Positions 45,038-50,850 of a stretch of DNA of 50,850 nt are shown here, piece by piece (position 1 is the stretch's first letter; each line of letters opens with the position of its first letter). A model generated the notes under the pieces. It was not told where the DNA came from, did not search any database, and saw only the letters and a program-made list of their open reading frames with translations. A program made the position numbers and the translations under genes. Origin of the DNA: a virus (lineage: Duplodnaviria; Heunggongvirae; Uroviricota; Caudoviricetes); IMG/VR virus record IMGVR_UViG_2526164600_000002; one strand, given 5' to 3'.

Positions 45038-45093
45038 TTGTTAGATCAATCTAACAAAAAACACTTGCCTCTCATGTTAGGTTATTCTAAATT
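45038..45093. promoter_or_regulatory. Two operator-like palindromes (TTGTTAGATCAATCTAACAA at 45038-45057; TGTTAGGTTATTCTAAAT at 45076-45093) upstream of ydfA; candidate DicA-repressed dicB-operon promoter
   Basis: Inverted repeats read directly; half-site TGTTAG shared with the dicC/dicA palindrome. Confidence 0.55.
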
Positions 45094-45170
45094 ATTTTCC
45101 ATCAAGACACCGCACGGTGTTCTCAGCAAACAGTTCCGCTACCCCGGCGTTAAGGGGAAATGAGGTCAGC

Positions 45171-45326
45171 ATGGATACTATCGATCTTGGCAACAGCGAA
45201 TCTCTGGTATGTGGCGTGTTCCCCAACCAGGACGGTACGTTCACCGCGATGACGTATACCAAAAGCAAAACGTTTAAAACCGAAAATGGTGCCCGTCGCT
45301 GGCTGGAAAGAAACCCAGGTGAGTGA
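45171..45326 (+). CDS. ydfA: YdfA (51 aa)
   Basis: ORF 45117..45326; start at MDTIDLG. Confidence 0.75.
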   Translation: MDTIDLGNSESLVCGVFPNQDGTFTAMTYTKSKTFKTENGARRWLERNPGE

Positions 45327-45327
45327 T

Positions 45328-45456
45328 ATGGATTTCGACACAATCATGGAAAAGGCTTACGAAGAATACTTCGAAGGTCTTGCCGACGGCGAAGAAGCTC
45401 TCAGCTTCAACGAATTTAAACAGGCGCTTTCCAGTTCGGCAAAATCTAACGGCTGA
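45328..45456 (+). CDS. ydfB: YdfB (42 aa)
   Basis: Manual translation MDFDTIMEKAYEEYFEGLADGEEALSFNEFKQALSSSAKSNG; below ORF-track cutoff. Confidence 0.7.
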   Translation: MDFDTIMEKAYEEYFEGLADGEEALSFNEFKQALSSSAKSNG

Positions 45457-45485
45457 TAAGCGAAACAGCACCGCGAGGAATCAGT

Positions 45486-45704
45486 ATGCAGAAACGAGAA
45501 CCCGTCATCATCGCGCCAGACTATACCGATGATGAACTTTATGAGTGGATGCGCCAGAAAATTAATGCAGCGCAGGATTTGAAATGGGCCAATGAAACCA
45601 GGGCTAAGCAGGCTGAAAATCTGTCCGCTCTGGAGCAGGATATCACCAATCTGGAAAAAGCAGCGGCATTAAGCATTGCCAGAATGATTACATACCCGCG
45701 TTAG
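45486..45704 (+). CDS. ydfC: YdfC (72 aa)
   Basis: ORF track. Confidence 0.8.
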   Translation: MQKREPVIIAPDYTDDELYEWMRQKINAAQDLKWANETRAKQAENLSALEQDITNLEKAAALSIARMITYPR

Positions 45705-46044
45705 TAGCTAATCAACAAAGCTAAGGTTAGTAATTAAGGAGTTCTCCACGGGTGAGGTGGAGTGCGTGCGCCGGACACGGGTGAGCATCCGGCACTGACA
45801 GTTTACTGAAAGGATATTTCCCTGAAAAGTCAGACCATAACGCGAAAGCGCACGGCGAGGTAGCTGGTTCATAGATAGCCTGTCGTTAAATTTTCGTCGA
45901 CCGTGCGCTTCCGGTTGTGGCAACCCGCGAAATGGCGCGGCGGTAAGTATGGCGGGGTTATTCCTTCCCCGTTGAGGACACCGGGTTGTCAGGTTGACCA
46001 TACGCTTAAGTGACAACCCCGCTGCAACGCCCTCTGTTATCAAT

Positions 46045-46102
46045 TTTCTGGTGACGTTTGGCGGTATCAGTTTTACTCCGTGACTGCTCTGCCGCCCTTT
46101 TT
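46045..46102 (+). ncRNA. dicF: DicF small regulatory RNA (ftsZ-targeting), ending in intrinsic terminator GCCGCCCTTTTT
   Basis: Sequence TTTCTGGTGACGTTTGGCGGTATCAGTTTTACTCCGTGACTGCTCTGCCGCCCTTTTT recognised; lies between ydfC and dicB. Confidence 0.85.
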
Positions 46103-46271
46103 AAAGTGAATTTTGTGATGTGGTGAATGCGGCTGAGCGCACGCGGAACAGTTAAAACCAAAAACAGTGTTATGGGTGGATTCTCTGTATCCGGCGTTAA
46201 TTGTTAACTGGTTAACGTCACCTGGAGGCACCAGGCACTGCATCACAAAATTCATTGTTGAGGACGCGATA

Positions 46272-46460
46272 ATGAAAACGTTATTACCAAACGTTAATAC
46301 GTCTGAAGGTTGTTTTGAAATTGGTGTCACTATCAGTAACCCAGTATTTACTGAAGATGCCATTAACAAGAGAAAACAAGAACGGGAGCTATTAAATAAA
46401 ATATGCATTGTTTCAATGCTGGCTCGTTTACGTCTGATGCCAAAAGGATGTGCACAATGA
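46272..46460 (+). CDS. dicB: Cell division inhibitor DicB (62 aa)
   Basis: ORF 46167..46460; start at MKTLLPNVNTSEG. Confidence 0.9.
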   Translation: MKTLLPNVNTSEGCFEIGVTISNPVFTEDAINKRKQERELLNKICIVSMLARLRLMPKGCAQ

Positions 46461-46648
46461 ATTCAGCATTTGTGCTTGTTCTGACAGTTTTTCTTGTTTC
46501 CGGAGAGCCAGTTGATATTGCAGTCAGTGTGCACAGGACAATGCAGGAGTGTATGACTGCAGCAACCGAACAGAAAATTCCCGGTAACTGTTACCCGGTC
46601 GATAAAGTTATTCACCAGGATAATATCGAAATCCCGGCAGGTCTTTAA
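46457..46648 (+). CDS. ydfD: YdfD (63 aa, N-terminal TM segment)
   Basis: ORF 46403..46648; start MNSAFVLVLTVFLVSG overlapping dicB stop (ATGA). Confidence 0.8.
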   Translation: MNSAFVLVLTVFLVSGEPVDIAVSVHRTMQECMTAATEQKIPGNCYPVDKVIHQDNIEIPAGL

Positions 46649-46704
46649 AACAGTTCCGTAATAAATATCCGGTTTCATTCTTATATGCCAGCAATGGCAG
46701 GGAT

Positions 46705-49212
46705 TTGTTCATCCTTAAATCTGTCATGAGGTTAAAACAAATGAGTAAAGTCTTTATTTGCGCCGCTATTCCTGACGAACTGGCAACAAGGGAAGAAGGC
46801 GCTGTGGCTGTAGCCACAGCCATTGAAGCTGGCGACGAACGCCGTGCTCGAGCAAAATTTCACTGGCAATTCCTGGAACATTATCCGGCTGCTCAGGACT
46901 GCGCTTATAAATTTATTGTCTGCGAGGATAAACCTGGCATACCCCGCCCTGCCCTCGATTCATGGGATGCTGAATATATGCAGGAAAACCGCTGGGATGA
47001 GGAGTCTGCTTCTTTTGTCCCGGTTGAGACTGAATCCGATCCGATGAACGTCACTTTTGACAAGCTGGCCCCTGAAGTACAGAACGCTGTCATGGTTAAG
47101 TTCGACACATGTGAAAACATCACCGTTGATATGGTTATTAGCGCACAGGAATTGTTGCAGGAAGACATGGCAACATTCGACGGACATATCGTTGAAGCGT
47201 TGATGAAAATGCCAGAAGTTAACGCCATGTATCCGGAGCTTAAGTTGCACGCCATTGGGTGGGTTAAGCATAAATGTATTCCTGGTGCTAAATGGCCCGA
47301 AATTCAGGCAGAGATGCGCATCTGGAAAAAACGTCGCGAAGGTGAACGCAAGGAAACCGGAAAATACACGTCTGTTGTTGATCTCGCCCGCGCCAGAGCC
47401 AATCAACAGTACACTGAAAATTCAACAGGAAAAATCAGCCCGGTCATTGCTGCCATTCATCGCGAATACAAGCAGACATGGAAAACACTGGATGACGAAC
47501 TGGCCTACGCTCTCTGGCCTGGTGATGTGGATGCCGGAAACATTGACGGCAGCATCCATCGCTGGGCAAAAAAAGAAGTTATCGACAACGACCGCGAAGA
47601 CTGGAAGCGTATCTCGGCATCAATGCGCAAACAGCCTGATGCCCTTCGCTACGACCGCCAAACTATTTTTGGCCTTGTCCGTGAGCGTCCGATCGACATT
47701 CACAAAGATCCCGTAGCACTGAACAAATATATCTGCGAATACCTGACGACAAAGGGCGTGTTTGAGAATGAAGAAACAGACCTGGGCACTGTTGATGTTC
47801 TCCAGTCATCAGAAACACAAACTGATGCAGTGGAAACTGAGGTATCTGATATCCCAAAAAATGAAACCGCGCCGGAAGCTGAACCATCTGTAGAGCGTGA
47901 GGGGCCGTTCTATTTCCTCTTCGCAGATAAGGACGGAGAAAAATACGGTCGCGCAAACAAACTCTCTGGTCTGGATAAGGCACTGGCTGCTGGCGCCACT
48001 GAAATCACAAAAGAAGAATATTTTGCCCGAAAAAATGGCACATACACGGGCTTACCGCAAAATGTAGATACCGCTGAAGATTCAGAACAACCAGAGCCGA
48101 TAAAAGTTACCGCTGACGAAGTAAACAAAATTATGCAGGCAGCCAATATCAGCCAGCCTGACGCCGATAAGTTGCTTGCTGCATCACGTGGTGAATTTGT
48201 TGAAGGGATTAGTGACCCGAATGATCCGAAATGGGTTAAGGGGCTCCAGACCCGCGATTCTGTGAACCAGAACCAGCATGAATCGGAACGGAACTACCAA
48301 AAAGCGGAACAAAACAGTCCAAATGCGTTACAAAACGAGCCAGAAACGAAACAGCCTGAACCAGTAGCGCAACAGGAAGTGGAAAAAGTCTGCACCGCCT
48401 GCGGTCAGACCGGCGGCGGCAACTGCCCTGATTGTGGCGCGGTGATGGGCGACGCAACATACCAAGAAACATTCGATGAAGAGTATCAGGTTGAAGTTCA
48501 GGAAGATGATCCGGAGGAAATGGAAGGCGCTGAACATCCACACAAGGAGAACACTGGCGGCAATCAGCATCACAATAGCGATAATGAAACTGGCGAGACG
48601 GCAGATCACCCAATTAAGGTGAACGGTCATCACGAAATCACATCCACCAGCAGGACGTGTGACCATCTAATGATCGACCTTGAAACCATGGGAAAAAATC
48701 CTGATGCCCCGATCATCTCAATAGGTGCAATATTTTTCGATCCGCAAACCGGAGATATGGGACCGGAATTTAGTAAGACTATCGATCTGGAAACTGCTGG
48801 CGGAGTCATTGATCGGGACACCATTAAATGGTGGCTTAAGCAATCACGCGAAGCGCAATCTGCCATTATGACCGATGAAATCCCGTTAGATGATGCACTG
48901 TTACAATTGCGAGAATTTATCGACGAAAACTCCGGTGAATTTTTTGTTCAGGTTTGGGGAAATGGAGCCAACTTCGACAACACGATTTTGCGCCGTTCAT
49001 ACGAACGGCAGGGGATCCCCTGCCCGTGGCGTTACTACAACGATCGCGATGTACGCACAATCGTTGAGCTGGGGAAAGCCATAGACTTCGATGCCAGAAC
49101 GGCTATTCCATTCGAAGGTGAGCGCCATAATGCACTTGATGACGCCCGTTACCAGGCAAAATACGTTTCAGTTATCTGGCAAAAACTGATCCCGAGTCAG
49201 GCTGATTCTTAA
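46705..49212 (+). CDS. ydfE: Large YdfE-like protein (835 aa) with central acidic region, CxxC...CxxC zinc ribbon and C-terminal DEDDh-type 3'-5' exonuclease domain
   Basis: ORF track; exonuclease motifs MIDLETMG (Exo I), VWGNGANFD (Exo II), HNALDDARY (Exo III with His); zinc ribbon CTACGQTGGGNCPDCG. Confidence 0.7.
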   Translation: MFILKSVMRLKQMSKVFICAAIPDELATREEGAVAVATAIEAGDERRARAKFHWQFLEHYPAAQDCAYKFIVCEDKPGIPRPALDSWDAEYMQENRWDEESASFVPVETESDPMNVTFDKLAPEVQNAVMVKFDTCENITVDMVISAQELLQEDMATFDGHIVEALMKMPEVNAMYPELKLHAIGWVKHKCIPGAKWPEIQAEMRIWKKRREGERKETGKYTSVVDLARARANQQYTENSTGKISPVIAAIHREYKQTWKTLDDELAYALWPGDVDAGNIDGSIHRWAKKEVIDNDREDWKRISASMRKQPDALRYDRQTIFGLVRERPIDIHKDPVALNKYICEYLTTKGVFENEETDLGTVDVLQSSETQTDAVETEVSDIPKNETAPEAEPSVEREGPFYFLFADKDGEKYGRANKLSGLDKALAAGATEITKEEYFARKNGTYTGLPQNVDTAEDSEQPEPIKVTADEVNKIMQAANISQPDADKLLAASRGEFVEGISDPNDPKWVKGLQTRDSVNQNQHESERNYQKAEQNSPNALQNEPETKQPEPVAQQEVEKVCTACGQTGGGNCPDCGAVMGDATYQETFDEEYQVEVQEDDPEEMEGAEHPHKENTGGNQHHNSDNETGETADHPIKVNGHHEITSTSRTCDHLMIDLETMGKNPDAPIISIGAIFFDPQTGDMGPEFSKTIDLETAGGVIDRDTIKWWLKQSREAQSAIMTDEIPLDDALLQLREFIDENSGEFFVQVWGNGANFDNTILRRSYERQGIPCPWRYYNDRDVRTIVELGKAIDFDARTAIPFEGERHNALDDARYQAKYVSVIWQKLIPSQADS

Positions 49213-49284
49213 TGTTCAACTGTCGCCGGTTGTGACTGGTATTCTGCAACCGGCGCTCGTCTGATGTAAGAGATAAAGAAATCG

Positions 49285-49536
49285 ATGAGCGAAGTAATCA
49301 TGATTGTCTCTCCCGGCAAATGGGTATCCGAAGAGCAGTTAATTGCGCTGAAAGGAATAAAAAAAGGTACGTTAAAAAAGGCCCGGGAAAAATCGTTTAT
49401 GGAAGGAAGGGAATATAAGCATGTCGCTCATGACGGTATGCCATGGGATAACAGTCCATGCTTTTACAACCTGGAAGAAATTGATCGCTGGATTGAGCGC
49501 CAGGCATCAGCGAGACCAAGACGTCATCTTACTTGA
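49285..49536 (+). CDS. Putative excisionase-like small protein (Xis position, immediately upstream of int)
   Basis: ORF track 83 aa; position only. Confidence 0.45.
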   Translation: MSEVIMIVSPGKWVSEEQLIALKGIKKGTLKKAREKSFMEGREYKHVAHDGMPWDNSPCFYNLEEIDRWIERQASARPRRHLT

Positions 49537-49570
49537 CTAAAAGTCACACTAACTAATGAGAGAAGTTGAA

Positions 49571-50850
49571 ATGAAATATCCGACAGGCGTGGAAAACCAT
49601 GGAGGGAAATTACGTATCTGGTTTGTTTATAAAGACGTAAGAGTCAGGGAAAATCTGGGGGTTCCTGACACAGCAAAAACAGGCGCGTTGCAGGTGAACT
49701 ACGCTCCTCTGTTTGTTACGCAATAAAAACTGGTGTTTTCGACTATGCAAAACAGTTTCCCTCCTCACGCAATCTGGAAAAATTTGGTGAGGCCCGACAA
49801 GATTTAACCATAAAAGAACTGGCTGAAAAATTTCTGGCACTGAAAGAAACTGAAGTCGCCAAAACATCACTCAACACATACCGTGCCGTCATCAAAAATA
49901 TCCTGAGCATAATCGGTGAAAAAAATCTTGCCTCATCGATTAATAAAGAAAAATTACTGGAGGTTCGTAAAGAGTTACTGACTGGATACCAGATCCCCAA
50001 AAGTAACTATATTGTTACACAACCAGGGAGATCGGCTGTAACTGTAAATAATTACATGACAAATCTTAACGCCGTGTTCCAGTTTGGTGTTGATAACGGT
50101 TACCTGGCAGATAATCCGTTTAAGGGGATCTCGCCATTAAAGGAATCAAGAACCATTCCGGATCCTCTTTCGCGGGAAGAATTTATCCGTCTTATCGATG
50201 CGTGCAGAAATCAGCAAGCAAAAAATTTATGGTGTGTTTCTGTTTATACTGGAGTTCGCCCTGGTGAGCTGTGTGCACTTGGATGGGAGGACATAGATCT
50301 GAAAAATGGAACAATGATGATCAGGAGAAATTTAGCAAAAGACCGTTTCACGGTACCAAAAACACAGGCGGGAACCAATCGGGTCATTCATCTTATTAAG
50401 CCAGCAATCGACGCTCTCCGGAGTCAGATGACATTAACGAGACTGAGCAAAGAGCATATCATTGATGTTCACCTCAGAGAGTATGGCAGAACAGAAAAAC
50501 AAAAATGCACCTTTGTTTTTCAACCTGAAGTGTCAGCGAGAGTAAAAAATTATGGTGACCATTTTACCGTTGACTCAATAAGGCAGATGTGGGACGCAGC
50601 GATAAAACGTGCCGGACTCCGCCATCGAAAATCATATCAGTCGAGACATACTTATGCCTGCTGGTCGCTGACAGCTGGTGCTAACCCGGCATTTATAGCA
50701 AACCAGATGGGCCATGCAGATGCGCAAATGGTATTTCAGGTATACGGAAAATGGATGTCTGAAAACAATAATGCACAGGTAGCTTTGTTAAATACACAGT
50801 TAAGCGAGTTTGCCCCAACCATGCCCCATAACGAAGCAATGAAAAATTAA
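49571..50850 (+). pseudogene. intQ: Tyrosine integrase (IntQ-like) with apparent 1-bp frameshift after codon 35; remainder open in the shifted frame from about 49672 to the stop at the window end
   Basis: N-terminal frame MKYPTGVENHGGKLRIWF...GVPDTAK then stop at 49724; shifted frame reads NRRVAGELRSSVCYAIKTGVFDYAKQFP... into ORF 50056..50850 with catalytic R...HxxR...Y region; junction at A5 run 49675-49679. Confidence 0.8.

Noticed and set aside
45708-46043. 111-aa minus-strand ORF
   Set aside because: Antisense within the structured dicF precursor region; Arg/Gly-rich composition

Overview
This window is an Escherichia coli chromosomal segment. Bases 1-1284 are the host MFS transporter gene ydfJ (minus strand); almost everything else (about 1.3 kb to the window end) is a single lambdoid prophage. 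Its gene order matches the K-12 cryptic prophage Qin (ydfK, pin, tfa, stf ... cspI, Rz, R, ydfR, S, cspB, cspF, Q, ydfU, rem, hokD, relEB, flxA ... dicC, dicA, ydfABC, dicF, dicB, ydfD, ydfE, xis, int). Unlike K-12 Qin, it carries a complete lambda-type packaging, head and tail module on the minus strand (Nu1 A W B C D E FI FII Z U V G/T H M L K I J lom stf tfa) and a cos site that matches lambda as I recall it. Two insertion sequences are present: an IS3 copy between pin and tfa with a 3-bp target duplication, and a DDE transposase gene between flxA and the replication module. Several genes (terminase A, integrase, gnsB, IS3 orfB) carry single-base frameshifts, each at a homopolymer run, so they may be sequencing artefacts rather than real pseudogenes. 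I found no rRNA, tRNA or CRISPR array. I cannot name one clearly novel system with confidence; the best candidates are an 835-aa YdfE-like protein with a C-terminal DEDDh exonuclease domain, a small accessory cluster next to cos, a decayed segment holding an unannotated small hydrophobic ORF, and a truncated methyltransferase-like gene pair. All identifications are from reading the sequence and recalled protein families; no database search was run.
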